Assembly: GCA_036563785.1 (NCBI GenBank)
Contig: DATCLR010000120.1
Span: 4,998 to 68,997 of the forward strand
Direction of reading: 5' to 3'
Source: Burkholderiales bacterium
Lineage (GTDB): Bacteria > Pseudomonadota > Gammaproteobacteria > Acidiferrobacterales > Sulfurifustaceae
DNA: 64,000 bases
The notes under the pieces are model-generated. The model had not been told where the DNA came from, made no database searches, and saw only the letters and a list, made by a program, of their open reading frames with translations. The stretch's first letter is position 1, and every line of letters starts with the position of its first letter. Position numbers and translations under genes: made by a program. Below are positions 11,022 to 23,282 of this stretch, piece after piece.

Positions 11022-11661
11022 CCTGATCGTCTTCGACTGGGACGGGACCCTCATGGATTCCGCCGCCAAGATCGTGCGCTGCTTTCAGGCGGCGGCGCGC
11101 GACGTCGGCGTGCCGGCCCCGGAAGACGCCGCGGTGCGCAACATCATCGGCCTCGGCCTGAAGGACGCGCTCGATACGCTCCTCCCGGGAACGGACGACG
11201 CCACGCGCTGCGCCCTGGCCGAACGCTACCGCCACCACTTCCTCGAGCTCGACACGACCGAAGCCCGGCTCTTCCCGGGGGTGCTCGAGGGGCTCGCGCG
11301 GCTGCGCGAAGCCGGCTTCCGGCTCGCCATTGCCACGGGGAAGGCCCGCCGCGGCCTCGAGCGGGCGCTCCGCGAGACGGCGATCGGACACTACTTCTGC
11401 GCCAGCCGCTGTGCGGACGAGGCCTTTTCGAAGCCGCATCCGCAGATGCTGCACGACATCCTCGCGTGCACCGGCACGCCGCCCGAGCGCGCGCTCATGG
11501 TCGGGGACACGACGTACGACCTGCAGATGGCGGCCGCGGCGGCGGTCGGGGGGCTGGCGGTGAGCTACGGCGTGCACGAGCGCGAGCGGCTGCTCGCGTG
11601 CAACCCGCTCGCGTGCCTCGACTCCTTTCCGCAGGTGTGCGCGTGGCTGGAGAGCGCCTGA
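11002..11661 (+). CDS. HAD-superfamily hydrolase (phosphoglycolate phosphatase-like)
   Basis: 219 aa. Motif I DLIVFDWDGTLMDS and C-terminal MVGDTTYD motif. Confidence 0.8.
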   Translation: MSSRPYDLIVFDWDGTLMDSAAKIVRCFQAAARDVGVPAPEDAAVRNIIGLGLKDALDTLLPGTDDATRCALAERYRHHFLELDTTEARLFPGVLEGLARLREAGFRLAIATGKARRGLERALRETAIGHYFCASRCADEAFSKPHPQMLHDILACTGTPPERALMVGDTTYDLQMAAAAAVGGLAVSYGVHERERLLACNPLACLDSFPQVCAWLESA

Positions 11662-12002
11662 TCTGCGCGGCGGAGGCACTCACGGAGGGCGGCGACGGCG
11701 TACGCTTCACGGTGACGCACGGCGGGGAGGAGGCGCCCGCCTTCGCGATCCGGTACCAGGGGCGTGTGCACGCGTACCTCAATCGCTGTGCGCACCGCCG
11801 CGTGGAGCTCGACTGGGAGCCCGGCCGCTTTTTCGATCGCGAGCGCCGGTTCCTGATCTGCGCGACGCACGGCGCGCTCTACGAACCGTCGAGCGGGCGC
11901 TGCGTCGCCGGCCCGTGCGCGGGGCGCGGGCTGGTCAAGCTCGAGGTGCTCGAAAAGAATAACGCTGTTTTTCTGGTGTCCGAGGACACAACGGAGCGGT
12001 GA
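11643..12002 (+). CDS. Rieske [2Fe-2S] domain protein
   Basis: CAHRRVEL ... CATHGALY (CxH / CxxH cluster ligands). GTG at 11643 overlaps the HAD stop. The upstream part of listed ORF 11466.. overlaps the HAD gene and was discarded. Confidence 0.75.
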   Translation: MAGERLICAAEALTEGGDGVRFTVTHGGEEAPAFAIRYQGRVHAYLNRCAHRRVELDWEPGRFFDRERRFLICATHGALYEPSSGRCVAGPCAGRGLVKLEVLEKNNAVFLVSEDTTER

Positions 12003-12988
12003 CGGTGGACGACAACGGCAAGAGCGAGACCATGACGGCATCCGGCGGCGGGCGCCAGCCGGGCTGGGAGCGCGAGGTGCTCGAACGCCTCGCATTCGCG
12101 ACGCTCGCCGAGCAGCGCCGCGCGCGCCGCTGGGGCATCTTCTTCAAGCTCTTCTTCGCGGTGTACCTGCTGGTGCTGCCGTTCCTCCTGCTCGGTCCCC
12201 TCTTCGAGGGGCGCCCGCTCGCGGCGCGCTATACGGGCGTCGTCGACCTCGAAGGCACGATCGCTAGCGACACGCTCGCGAGCGCCGAGAACGTGATCGC
12301 GAGCCTGCGCCGCGCGTTCGAGGACGAGCGCACGGCCGGCGTCATCGTGCGCGCCAACAGCCCCGGCGGAAGCCCCGTCCAGGCGGCGTACATCTACGAA
12401 GAGATCAGGCGGCTGCGCGCGAAGTATCCCAAGAAGCCGCTCTACGCGGTGGTTACCGACGTGTGCGCGTCGGGTTGCTACTACGCGCTTGCCGCAGCCG
12501 ACAAGATCTACGCCGATCGCGCGAGCATCGTGGGCTCGATCGGCGTGCTCATGAACGGCTTCGGCTTCGTCGAAGCGCTCAAGAAGATCGGCGTCGAGCG
12601 CCGGCTGCTCACCGCGGGCGAGCACAAAGGGTTCCTCGATCCGTTCCTGCCGATGACGGCGCAGGACCGCCGGCACGCGCAGCAGCTGCTCGATCGCGTG
12701 CATCAGCAGTTCATCGAGCGCGTGCGCGAAGGGCGCGGCCAGACGCTGAAGGAGTCGAAGGAAATCTTCTCGGGATTGTTCTGGACCGGCGAGGACGCCC
12801 TCAAGCTCGGTCTCGTGGACGAGCTCGGAAGCGTGAGCTACGTCGCGCGCGAAGTGATCGGAGCGGAAGACCTCGTCGATTTCACGCAGCGCGAGAGCGT
12901 GCTCAATCAGTTCGCGCGCCGCATCGGCGCCGGCGCCGGCGAGGTGCTCGGCGCGCAGCTCTTCGGGCGTCTGCCGGCGATGCAGTAA
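11999..12988 (+). CDS. sppA: Signal peptide peptidase SppA, 36K type (S49 family)
   Basis: 329 aa. N-terminal TM, RANSPGGSPVQA and AASGCYY-like (CASGCYYAL) S49 motifs. The exact start is uncertain (GTG 11999 or a downstream ATG). Confidence 0.8.
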   Translation: MTVDDNGKSETMTASGGGRQPGWEREVLERLAFATLAEQRRARRWGIFFKLFFAVYLLVLPFLLLGPLFEGRPLAARYTGVVDLEGTIASDTLASAENVIASLRRAFEDERTAGVIVRANSPGGSPVQAAYIYEEIRRLRAKYPKKPLYAVVTDVCASGCYYALAAADKIYADRASIVGSIGVLMNGFGFVEALKKIGVERRLLTAGEHKGFLDPFLPMTAQDRRHAQQLLDRVHQQFIERVREGRGQTLKESKEIFSGLFWTGEDALKLGLVDELGSVSYVAREVIGAEDLVDFTQRESVLNQFARRIGAGAGEVLGAQLFGRLPAMQ

Positions 12989-13076
12989 GGCGCCGGTGGA
13001 CGCCGGCCGGCGGCAGAGCGCGAGGCGCGCGGCGAACGACCGCGCGATTCGCGTATGAACCGCCGCTCGCCGCGGC

Positions 13077-13658
13077 TCAAATCACCGCAACCCCTTCGTT
13101 CTCCAGCATGCGCACGAGCCGTATCAGCGGCAGCCCGATGAGCGCGGTCGGATCGTCGCCTTCGAAACGCTCGAGGAGCGCGATGCCGAGCCCTTCGGAG
13201 CGCACGGCGCCGGCGCAGTTGTACGGCTGTTCCTTGCGGAGGTAGTTCTCGATCTGCTGGTCGGTGAGCCGGCGGAACTGAATGCCGAACGGAACCACTT
13301 CGCTCTGCACGCGTCCCGTCGCCGTGTTGAGCAGTGCGAGGCCGGTATAGAGCACGACCTTGCGCCCGGAGGCCGCGCGCAGCTGCTGCACCGCGGTTTC
13401 GTGGTTCCCGGGTTTGCCGACGATCGCGCCCGCGTACACCGCCGCCTGGTCGGAGCCGACCACGAGCGCATCGCGCGCATGGCGGCCGACGGCTCGCGCC
13501 TTGGCGACCGCCAGGCGTTCGACGAGCGCCTGCGGGCTTTCGCCCGGGAGCGGGCGCTCGTCGACGTCGGGCGAGGCGACTTCGAACGGCAGGCCCAGGC
13601 GGGCGAGCAGATCGCGGCGATAGGGCGAGCTCGAGGCGAGAATGAGGCGAATGGACAT
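13077..13658 (-). CDS. Maf-like nucleoside triphosphate pyrophosphatase (YceF-type)
   Basis: 193 aa, LILASSSPYRRDLLARLGLPFEV N-terminus. Divergent from the yceD-rpmF operon, as is typical. Confidence 0.85.
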   Translation of the reverse strand: MSIRLILASSSPYRRDLLARLGLPFEVASPDVDERPLPGESPQALVERLAVAKARAVGRHARDALVVGSDQAAVYAGAIVGKPGNHETAVQQLRAASGRKVVLYTGLALLNTATGRVQSEVVPFGIQFRRLTDQQIENYLRKEQPYNCAGAVRSEGLGIALLERFEGDDPTALIGLPLIRLVRMLENEGVAVI

Positions 13659-13745
13659 GCGACGAAGGCTCGGGGTTCGACTCGGGAGATTATCGCCGAC
13701 TCGCGCGCCGCGTGCCGCGGCGAGCGGCGGACGAAAAGATCTGTT

Positions 13746-13774
13746 TTGACACGTGTTTGCGGCGACTATATGAT
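13746..13774 (+). promoter_or_regulatory. Sigma70-like promoter candidate for yceD-rpmF-plsX-fab operon
   Basis: TTGACA (13746-13751), 17-nt spacer, TATGAT (13769-13774). Lies only about 10 nt before the chosen yceD ATG. Confidence 0.3.
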
Positions 13775-13783
13775 GCGCGCCGA

Positions 13784-14296
13784 ATGCTTGGCAGCTGGTC
13801 AGCGACCATCGACCCGATCCAGCTGGCCGATCAGGGTGCTCGCCTGGCGGGCGAGCTTCCCATCAAGGGGATGTCGCGGCTGGTCGAGATGTGCCTGGAC
13901 GACGAGGGGACCATCCGCGTCGACCTGCAGTTCGCTCGCGGCTCCCCGGACGGCCTGCGCGTCATGCGCGGGACGCTCGACGCCCGGGTTCATCTCACCT
14001 GTCAACGCTGCATGGGCCGCATGACGGCCGAGCTGCATGCGCGGCCGCAGGTGGTGCTGCTGCGTCCCGGCGAGCGGGAGGATCTGCTCGCCGAGGGCGA
14101 CGCGGTCGTGATTGAGCGGCCCGTCACGGTAGGCGCTCTGGTCGAGGACGAACTGCTGCTGGAGATGCCGATGGTTCCGATGCATCCGCCGGAGGAGTGT
14201 CCGGCGGCACCGCAGGGCCCGCATCCCGCGGCGCCGGCGGGCACGCGACCGAACCCCTTTTCCGTGCTACAAAAGTTAAAGCGCGCGGATCGATAG
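13784..14296 (+). CDS. yceD: YceD/DUF177 family protein
   Basis: Internal ATG of ORF 13712... CxxC-containing (TCQRCMG) acidic protein directly upstream of rpmF. Confidence 0.8.
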   Translation: MLGSWSATIDPIQLADQGARLAGELPIKGMSRLVEMCLDDEGTIRVDLQFARGSPDGLRVMRGTLDARVHLTCQRCMGRMTAELHARPQVVLLRPGEREDLLAEGDAVVIERPVTVGALVEDELLLEMPMVPMHPPEECPAAPQGPHPAAPAGTRPNPFSVLQKLKRADR

Positions 14297-14330
14297 ATCC
14301 GGCGAGAACAGCAACACCCGAGGAGCCACC

Positions 14331-14519
14331 ATGGCAGTACAGAAGAGCCGAGTAACGCCATCGCGGCGGGGCATGCGTCGTTCGCACGACAAGCTCGCCA
14401 AGCCGACGCTCTCCGTCGACAAGACCAGCGGCGAGCTTCACCGGCGCCACCACATCACCCGTGACGGGTACTACCGCGGCCGCAAGGTCATCGAGACCAG
14501 CGAAGAGTCGGCCGAGTAA
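14331..14519 (+). CDS. rpmF: 50S ribosomal protein L32
   Basis: [22 protein letters not shown], 62 aa. Confidence 0.95.
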   Translation: MAVQKSRVTPSRRGMRRSHDKLAKPTLSVDKTSGELHRRHHITRDGYYRGRKVIETSEESAE

Positions 14520-14547
14520 GCGCTGTTTCCGCCGAAGGAGCTGATGC

Positions 14548-15567
14548 TTGATCGCCGTTGCGCTCGACGCGATGGGGGGCGATTACGGTCCCTCGGTCGT
14601 CGTGCCGGCTGCGCTGTCGGTCCTCGCGAGTGACCCGAACGCGGCGCTGATTCTCGTCGGCCGGCGTGAGCAGGTGCTCGAGGAGCTCGCGCGCCACGGC
14701 GCGAGGGAGAGCGAGCGCCTGCGCGTGCAGCACGCGCCGGAGGTCGTCGCCATGGACGAGCAGCCGGCGCAGGCGTTGCGCACGAAGAAGGCCTCCTCCA
14801 TGCGCGTCGCGATCGAGCTCGTGAAGCAGGGGGAGGCGCGCGCGGCGGTGTCGGCCGGCAACACCGGCGCACTGATGGCGACCGCGCGCTTCGTCCTCAA
14901 GACGCTCCCGGGCATCGATCGTCCCGCCATCATCCGCACGCTGCCGTCGCTGCGCGGCCACACGCACGTCCTCGATCTCGGTGCGAACGTCGACTGTTCC
15001 GCCGAGCAGCTCGTGCAGTTCGCGATCATGGGGTCTATTCTGGTTACGGCGATGGAGGGTAAGCCACGGCCGCGCGTCGGGCTGCTCAACGTCGGCCAGG
15101 AAGACATCAAGGGCAACGAGACGGTGAAGAAGGCGGCGGAGCTGCTGCGTGCGAGCAACGTCAACTACGTCGGCTATGTCGAGGGCAACGACATCTACAT
15201 GGGCGACTTCGACGTGGTCGTGTGCGACGGCTTCGTCGGCAACATCGCGCTCAAGACGAGCGAGGGCCTCGCGCAGATGATCAAGCAGTTCATGCGCGAG
15301 GAGTTCACGAAGCACTGGGGGCGCAAGCTCGCCGCGTTCGCCGTCGCGCCGGCGCTGCGCGCGCTCAACCGCCGGCTCGATCCGCGGCGGTACAACGGCG
15401 CGACCTTCATCGGCCTGAACGGAACCGTGATCAAGAGCCACGGCAGCGCGGACGCGCTGGCCTTCGAGTACGCGATCCGTGAAGCGCTCTCCGAAGTCCA
15501 CCACGAGGTGCCGGAGCGGATCGGGCGCGAGCTGGTCGGCCTCCTCGGCACGGGTCAGGTAGCATGA
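14548..15567 (+). CDS. plsX: Phosphate acyltransferase PlsX
   Basis: [15 protein letters not shown]-terminus, 339 aa, upstream of fabH. Confidence 0.95.
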   Translation: MIAVALDAMGGDYGPSVVVPAALSVLASDPNAALILVGRREQVLEELARHGARESERLRVQHAPEVVAMDEQPAQALRTKKASSMRVAIELVKQGEARAAVSAGNTGALMATARFVLKTLPGIDRPAIIRTLPSLRGHTHVLDLGANVDCSAEQLVQFAIMGSILVTAMEGKPRPRVGLLNVGQEDIKGNETVKKAAELLRASNVNYVGYVEGNDIYMGDFDVVVCDGFVGNIALKTSEGLAQMIKQFMREEFTKHWGRKLAAFAVAPALRALNRRLDPRRYNGATFIGLNGTVIKSHGSADALAFEYAIREALSEVHHEVPERIGRELVGLLGTGQVA

Positions 15568-16532
15568 CATATTCCCGCATCGCCGGGGTCGGCAGCTATC
15601 TGCCGGCCAAGGTGCTCACGAACGCCGATCTCGAACGCATGGTCGACACGTCCGACCAATGGATCGTCGAGCGCACGGGCATCCGCCAGCGCCACGTCGC
15701 GGCCGAGCACGAGACGAGCTCGACCATGGGGCTCGAGGCGTCGCGGCGCGCGCTCGCCATGGCCGGGATCGACCCGAAGGATCTCGACCTCATCATCGTC
15801 GCGACGACGACGCCCGATCTGGTGTTTCCCGCGACCGCCTGTCTCGTGCAGCGGGCCCTCGGCGTACACGGGTGCCCGGCGTTCGACGTTCAGGCCGTCT
15901 GCTGCGGCTTCGTGTACGCCCTGGCCGTGGCCGACAAGTTCATCCGCTCTGGCTCGACGCGGCGCGCGCTCGTTATCGGGACCGAGACGTTCACCCGCAT
16001 CCTCAACTGGCAGGACCGCAGCACCTGCGTGCTGTTCGGCGACGGCGCCGGCGCGGTCGTGCTCGTGGCGTCCGACGAGCCCGGCATCCTGTCGTCGCAC
16101 CTGCACGCGGACGGCGCCTACAGCGATATGCTGTGCGTGCCGTCGGGCGTATCCAGGGGCTACGACAAGATGCGCGCCGGCGAAGCCTACGTGCACATGG
16201 TGGGCTCGGAGGTGTTTCGCGTCGCGGTCAACGTGCTCGGCAAGGTCGTCGACGAGGCGCTCGAAGCGAACGGCATGCAGCGCAGCGACATCGACTGGCT
16301 CGTGCCGCACCAGGCGAACATCCGCATCATCGGGGCCACCGCGAAGAAGCTCGGGCTGCCGATGGAGCGCGTCGTCGTAACCGTCGACCGACACGGCAAC
16401 ACTTCGGCCGCCTCGATCCCGCTCGCGCTCGACGAGGCGGTGCGCGACGGGCGTATCAAGCGGGGCGACACCGTGCTGCTCGAAGGGGTCGGCGGCGGCT
16501 TTACCTGGGGTTCGGTCCTGTTGAAGTATTGA
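15564..16532 (+). CDS. fabH: 3-oxoacyl-ACP synthase III
   Basis: 322 aa. Active-site AVCCGF, HQANIRI and GGGFTWG motifs. ATGA overlap with plsX. Confidence 0.95.
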   Translation: MTYSRIAGVGSYLPAKVLTNADLERMVDTSDQWIVERTGIRQRHVAAEHETSSTMGLEASRRALAMAGIDPKDLDLIIVATTTPDLVFPATACLVQRALGVHGCPAFDVQAVCCGFVYALAVADKFIRSGSTRRALVIGTETFTRILNWQDRSTCVLFGDGAGAVVLVASDEPGILSSHLHADGAYSDMLCVPSGVSRGYDKMRAGEAYVHMVGSEVFRVAVNVLGKVVDEALEANGMQRSDIDWLVPHQANIRIIGATAKKLGLPMERVVVTVDRHGNTSAASIPLALDEAVRDGRIKRGDTVLLEGVGGGFTWGSVLLKY

Positions 16533-16635
16533 ACGTTCCCGAAGCCGCGATGCCGGCGGACGATGCGGACGGAGGTACGAGCATGCACCCGTTCCGTTCG
16601 CAGGCAGCGGCGCTCAACCGCGGTTCGAACGCAAC

Positions 16636-17580
16636 ATGAAATTCGCATTCGTTTTTCCCGGACAAGGTTCGCAGTCGGTCGGCATGCTGCGCGAGCTCGC
16701 GGCGGAGCACCCTGAGGTCGAGCGCACGTTCGCGGAAGCGTCGTCCGCGCTCGGCTACGATCTGTGGCGGACGGTTTGCGAGGGGCCGGAAGAGCGTCTC
16801 GCGCAGACCGAGGTGACGCAGCCGGCGATGCTCGCCGCGGGCGTCGCCGTCTGGCGTGTGTGGTGCGCCACCGGCGGCCCGGAGCCCGCCGTCATGGCGG
16901 GGCACAGCCTCGGCGAGTACAGCGCACTCGTGTGCGCGGGCGCACTCGAGTTTCCGGAAGCGGTGCGCCTCGTGGCGGATCGCGCGCGCTTCATGCAGGA
17001 AGCAGTGCCGGCGGGACACGGCGCGATGGCGGCGATCCTGGGCCTGAGCGACGATGCGGTCGCGGCGGTTTGCGCGCAGGCCGCGCAGGGCGAGGTGCTC
17101 GAGCCGGTCAATTTCAACTCGCCGGCGCAGGTCGTGATCGCCGGCAGCCGCGCCGCGGTCGATCGCGGGATCGAGCAGGCGAAGGCCGCTGGCGCGAAGC
17201 GCGCGGTGCTGCTGCCGATGAGCGTCCCGGCGCACAGCTCGCTCATGGCACCGGCCGCGGCGCGGCTCGGCGAGCGCTTGCAGGGTGTGGCGCTGCACAT
17301 GCCGCGCATCCCGGTGCTGCAGAACGCGACACTCGCGACGGCCGCCGACGTCGAAGCGATGCGCGAGGCGCTCGTGCGTCAGGTCGCGTCGCCGGTGCGG
17401 TGGGTGCAGACGGTGGAGCGGCTCGTGGAAGCCGGCGCACGCGCGCTGGTGGAGTGCGGGCCCGGCAAGGTGCTGACCGGCCTGAACAAGCGCATCGCGC
17501 GTGATGTTGAGTGCCTGGCGATTCAGGATCCGGGAACGCTCGCGGAGGCGCGCGCCCGCCTGGGGGCGGGTGCGGCATAG
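16636..17580 (+). CDS. fabD: Malonyl-CoA:ACP transacylase
   Basis: FVFPGQGSQSVGM and GHSLGEYSAL motifs. Confidence 0.95.
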   Translation: MKFAFVFPGQGSQSVGMLRELAAEHPEVERTFAEASSALGYDLWRTVCEGPEERLAQTEVTQPAMLAAGVAVWRVWCATGGPEPAVMAGHSLGEYSALVCAGALEFPEAVRLVADRARFMQEAVPAGHGAMAAILGLSDDAVAAVCAQAAQGEVLEPVNFNSPAQVVIAGSRAAVDRGIEQAKAAGAKRAVLLPMSVPAHSSLMAPAAARLGERLQGVALHMPRIPVLQNATLATAADVEAMREALVRQVASPVRWVQTVERLVEAGARALVECGPGKVLTGLNKRIARDVECLAIQDPGTLAEARARLGAGAA

Positions 17581-17589
17581 GAGGCAAGC

Positions 17590-18333
17590 ATGTCTTTGGC
17601 GAACGAAATTGCGCTGGTGACGGGGGCGAGCCGGGGGATCGGGCGCGCGATCGCGCTCGAGCTCGGGCGGCAGGGCGCGCGCGTCATCGGCACGGCGACT
17701 TCGAGCGAAGGTGCGGAAAGTATCTCGAATGCATTGAAGGAAAAAGGAATTAACGGGGAAGGCCGGCTGCTCGACGTCACGGTTCCCGAGAGCGTGGAGG
17801 CCCTGATCGCCGATCTGGAAAAGTCCGTCGGATCCCCTACCATCCTCGTGAACAATGCGGGCATCACGCGGGACGGGCTGCTCGCGCGGATGTCGGAGGC
17901 GGACTGGGATGCGATCATGGAGACGAATCTCAAGTCCGTCTACCGTCTGAGCAAGGCGTGCCTGCGCGCGATGATGAAGGCACGGAAAGGCCGCATCATC
18001 AACATCACGTCGGTGGTCGCGGCGACCGGCAATCCGGGACAGACCAACTACGCCGCCGCGAAGGCCGGCATCATCGGTTTCACGCGCGCGCTCGCGCGCG
18101 AGGTCGGAAGCCGCGGCATCACCGTGAATGCGGTGGCGCCGGGCTTCATCGACACCGACATGACGCGCGCGCTGCCGGAGAACGTACGCGAGGGGCTGCT
18201 CGGGCAGATTCCGCTCGGACGTCTCGGCACCGCGGAGGAGGTCGCGTACGCGGTCGCGTTTCTCGCGTCGCCGCAGGCCGCGTACATCACGGGCACGACG
18301 CTGCACGTGAACGGCGGCATGTACATGAATTGA
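17590..18333 (+). CDS. fabG: 3-oxoacyl-ACP reductase
   Basis: TGASRGIGRAIA Rossmann motif and SDR catalytic YAAAKAG. Confidence 0.95.
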   Translation: MSLANEIALVTGASRGIGRAIALELGRQGARVIGTATSSEGAESISNALKEKGINGEGRLLDVTVPESVEALIADLEKSVGSPTILVNNAGITRDGLLARMSEADWDAIMETNLKSVYRLSKACLRAMMKARKGRIINITSVVAATGNPGQTNYAAAKAGIIGFTRALAREVGSRGITVNAVAPGFIDTDMTRALPENVREGLLGQIPLGRLGTAEEVAYAVAFLASPQAAYITGTTLHVNGGMYMN

Positions 18334-18503
18334 GGAAAGTCCGTCGCTGGACGGGTTTACACAAACGTGCTAAGTATGCGCCGCGTAAGGCCGCGGGGCG
18401 GTTGAGGTAAAAAGCGGCGCTGAATAATTGCGGAGCACCGGCCGCCCACTCGCATCCCGTGCGGCGCGCCGGAACGAGTCATACATCGGAGGAAAAGTTT
18501 GCC

Positions 18504-18740
18504 ATGAGCAGTGTAGAGGAGCGCGTCAAGAAGATCGTGGTCGAGCAGCTGGGGGTCAACGAAAGCGAGGTCACCCCGGATGCCTCGTTCGTGGACGATT
18601 TGGGCGCGGATTCGCTCGACACCGTCGAGCTGGTGATGGCTCTCGAGGAGGAGTTCGACTGCGAGATCCCCGACGAGGAGGCCGAGAAGATCACGACGGT
18701 GCAGCAGGCGATTGACTACATCAATTCACACCTCCGCTGA
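18504..18740 (+). CDS. acpP: Acyl carrier protein
   Basis: [18 protein letters not shown]... with phosphopantetheine site [15 protein letters not shown] at 18504 inside listed ORF 18459... Confidence 0.95.
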   Translation: MSSVEERVKKIVVEQLGVNESEVTPDASFVDDLGADSLDTVELVMALEEEFDCEIPDEEAEKITTVQQAIDYINSHLR

Positions 18741-18846
18741 TCCCTCTTCGTCAGATCCGCGGACTCCGTAGTCGTCGCCGGATGGCTGCGAGTTCCCGGA
18801 GCAACGCAAACACATCGAACCGCAACGCACGCGAGGGCTGAATCGC

Positions 18847-20088
18847 TTGGCTGGACGGCGCGTCGTCATTACCGGGCTCGGCATCGTTTCGCCGCTCGGC
18901 CTCGGTCTGAAGCAAAACTGGGAAGCGGTCCTCGCGGGCCGCAGCGGCATCGGCCGCATCACGCAGTTCGACGCTTCGGGCTATCCCTGCCAGATCGCGG
19001 GCGAGGTCAAGAACTTCGACCCGACGGCGTACCTGAGCGAGAAAGAAGTGCGCCGTACCGACCGCTTCATTCATCTCGGAATCGCGGCCGGCACGGAAGC
19101 GCTCAAGGACTCGGGACTCGAAGTGACGGAAGCCAACGCCGATCGCATCGGCGTACACATGGGTTCCGGGTTCGGCGGCATCGCGACCGTCGAGCAGACG
19201 ACGCTCCTCGTTCACCAGAAGGGGCCGCGGCGGGTTTCGCCGTTCTACGTGCCGAGCTCGATCATCAACATGATCTCCGGCAACCTCTCGATCATGTACG
19301 GGCTCAAGGGGCCCAACCTCGCGATGGTTACGGCGTGCGCCACGTCGACGCACGCGATCGGCGATGCCGGCCGGTTGATCGAGTACGGCGACGCGGACGT
19401 GATGATAGCGGGCGGCGCCGAAGCCACGGTGACGCCGGGGAGCATCGCCGGCTTCTGCAGCGCCAAGGCGCTGTCCACGCGCAACCACGACCCCGAGGGG
19501 GCGAGCCGGCCGTGGGACGTGGAGCGGGACGGATTCGTGCTGAGCGAGGGCGCCGGCGCGCTGGTGCTCGAGGAGTACGAGCACGCTAAGCGGCGCGGCG
19601 CGCGCATCTACGCCGAGCTGGCCGGCTTCGGCATGAGCGGCGACGCCTTCCACATCACCAGCCCGCCGGAAGGCGGTGAGGGCGCGGTGCGCTGCATGCG
19701 CGCGGCGCTGCGCAACGCGCGCCTCGATCCGGGCGACGTGCAATACGTGAACGCGCACGGCACCTCGACGGAGGTCGGCGACATCGCCGAGACGATCGCC
19801 ATCAAGACCACGTTCGGCGAGCACGCGCGGCGGCTGGCGGTCAGCTCGACGAAATCGATGACCGGTCACCTGCTCGGCGCCGCGGGGGCGGTGGAGGCGG
19901 TTTATACCGCGCTCGCGGTGTATCACCAGATTGCGCCGCCGACGATCAATCTGACCAAGCCCGACCCGCAGTGCGACCTCGACTACGTGCCGGGCAGCGC
20001 CCGCGAGATGCGGATCGACGCGGCGATCTCGAACTCCTTCGGCTTCGGCGGTACGAACGGGACGCTGGTCTTCCGGCGCCTGACCTAG
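18847..20088 (+). CDS. fabF: 3-oxoacyl-ACP synthase II
   Basis: 413 aa. RVVITGLG, active-site ACATSTHAIG, NAHGTST and SNSFGFGGTNG motifs. Confidence 0.95.
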   Translation: MAGRRVVITGLGIVSPLGLGLKQNWEAVLAGRSGIGRITQFDASGYPCQIAGEVKNFDPTAYLSEKEVRRTDRFIHLGIAAGTEALKDSGLEVTEANADRIGVHMGSGFGGIATVEQTTLLVHQKGPRRVSPFYVPSSIINMISGNLSIMYGLKGPNLAMVTACATSTHAIGDAGRLIEYGDADVMIAGGAEATVTPGSIAGFCSAKALSTRNHDPEGASRPWDVERDGFVLSEGAGALVLEEYEHAKRRGARIYAELAGFGMSGDAFHITSPPEGGEGAVRCMRAALRNARLDPGDVQYVNAHGTSTEVGDIAETIAIKTTFGEHARRLAVSSTKSMTGHLLGAAGAVEAVYTALAVYHQIAPPTINLTKPDPQCDLDYVPGSAREMRIDAAISNSFGFGGTNGTLVFRRLT

Positions 20089-20179
20089 GCGGCGCCCGGC
20101 CGCCGGTGCGCCGATCGCACCCGGCGCTCCCGCCCGGAGGCTGGTAGTATCGCGATGGCCGGGTCAGACAAGTGTCGCC

Positions 20180-21259
20180 ATGCTGGACGTTTCGAAGCCC
20201 ACTTTCGCGCGTATTCTCGGTTCACGCCTCCTGCGCGCGCTCCTCGTGGGGTTCTTCGGCGGCGCGTTCTTTCTCGGGGGGTACCTCTACTGGTTCTGGC
20301 ACCGCCCGCTCGACCCCGGTAACGAACCCTACGTGCTCCGGCCGGGCGCCGGCCTGGCCGTTCTCGCGCGAGAGCTGCACCAGCGGGGCGTGATCTCGAG
20401 CGCGCGGACGTTCGTCTGGCTCGGCCGCCTGACCGGGAAGAGCCGCCAGCTCAAGGCGGGCGAGTACCGCTTCCCTCCCGGCAGCAGCGCGAGCGATATT
20501 GTTGCCCAGGTCGTCGCCGGGCGCGTGATCGAGTATCCGCTGGTGCTGGTCGAAGGCTGGAACTTCCGTCAGGTGCTGCAGGCGCTGCGCGCGGCGCCGA
20601 AGCTCCAGCAGACGCTCACGGGGCTCACGCACGAGGAGATCATGGCGCGCATCGGGCGGCCGGGCGTGCATCCGGAAGGTCGGTTCTTCCCGGACACTTA
20701 TTATTACTCGAGCGGCCACACCGACGCGCAGATTCTCGTGCGCGCCTTCGAGCGCATGGAGGCGGTGCTGCGCGAGGAGTGGGAAAGGCGCAGCCCCGAC
20801 GCGCCGGTTCGCACCCCGGACGAGGCGCTCGTGCTCGCTTCGATCATCGAGAAGGAAACCGGAAGGCCAGACGAACGCGGCGTGATCGCGGGCGTGTTCG
20901 CGAACCGGCTGCGCAGAGGCATGCGCCTGCAGTCGGATCCGACGGTGATCTACGGGCTCGGGGAAGCGTTCGACGGCAATATCCGGCGCCGCGACCTGCT
21001 CGCCGACACCGAGTACAACACCTACACGCGCAGCGGACTGCCGCCGACACCGATCGCCATGCCCGGCCGCGACTCCCTGATCGCGGCGCTGCACCCGACG
21101 CCGACGACCGCGCTCTATTTCGTTTCCCGCGGCGACGGCAGCCACGTGTTCTCGTCCACGCTCGCGGAGCACAACGCGGCCGTGATGCAGTATCAGCTGC
21201 GCCGGCGCGCGGACCCGTCAGGCGCGCCGGCGGCCGAGGCCGCGGCGCAGGGGCGCTAG
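20180..21259 (+). CDS. mltG: Endolytic murein transglycosylase MltG (YceG family)
   Basis: 359 aa. N-terminal TM, ASIIEKET and NTYTRSGLPPTPI motifs. Confidence 0.85.
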   Translation: MLDVSKPTFARILGSRLLRALLVGFFGGAFFLGGYLYWFWHRPLDPGNEPYVLRPGAGLAVLARELHQRGVISSARTFVWLGRLTGKSRQLKAGEYRFPPGSSASDIVAQVVAGRVIEYPLVLVEGWNFRQVLQALRAAPKLQQTLTGLTHEEIMARIGRPGVHPEGRFFPDTYYYSSGHTDAQILVRAFERMEAVLREEWERRSPDAPVRTPDEALVLASIIEKETGRPDERGVIAGVFANRLRRGMRLQSDPTVIYGLGEAFDGNIRRRDLLADTEYNTYTRSGLPPTPIAMPGRDSLIAALHPTPTTALYFVSRGDGSHVFSSTLAEHNAAVMQYQLRRRADPSGAPAAEAAAQGR

Positions 21260-22871
<1,612 letters not shown>

Positions 22872-22878
22872 GGGCGTC

Positions 22879-23280
22879 ATGAGCGAAGCACCGAAGCAAC
22901 CGATCGACGCCTCCCGGCCCCCGATTCGCGCCGTACCTTCCTCGCCCCGACCGGGCGTGCTGTCGCTGACCATCAAGGATAAGAACGCCCTCTATGCGGC
23001 GTACATGCCGTTCCTGAAGGGCGGCGGCATCTTCATTCCGAGCACGCGGCCTTACAAGCTCGGCGAAGAAGTGTTCATCCTCCTCCAGCTCATGGATAAC
23101 AAGGAGAAGATTCCGGTCGCCGGGCACGTGGTGTGGATCACGCCGAAGGGCGCGCAGGGCGGACGCACCGCGGGCATCGGCGTTCAGTTCAGCGAGAAGG
23201 ATTCGGGGCTCGCGCGCAACAAGATCGAGGCCGCGCTCGGCGGCGCGTTGAACTCAGACCGGCCGACGCACACAATGTAG
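22879..23280 (+). CDS. pilZ: PilZ domain protein (type IV pilus assembly PilZ-like)
   Basis: 133 aa, LSLTIKDKNALYAAYMPFLKGGGIFIPS typical of the holB-linked PilZ. Confidence 0.8.
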   Translation: MSEAPKQPIDASRPPIRAVPSSPRPGVLSLTIKDKNALYAAYMPFLKGGGIFIPSTRPYKLGEEVFILLQLMDNKEKIPVAGHVVWITPKGAQGGRTAGIGVQFSEKDSGLARNKIEAALGGALNSDRPTHTM

Positions 23281-23282
23281 GT

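Noticed and set aside
16501-18306. 601-aa minus-strand ORF antisense to fabD/fabG. Similar long antisense ORFs occur over msbA (2791..4344), the fatty-acid ligase (24136..25848), rne (7931..9718) and nrdJ (59309..60985).
   Set aside because: Each is opposite a gene with unambiguous catalytic motifs, and none shows any family signature of its own.
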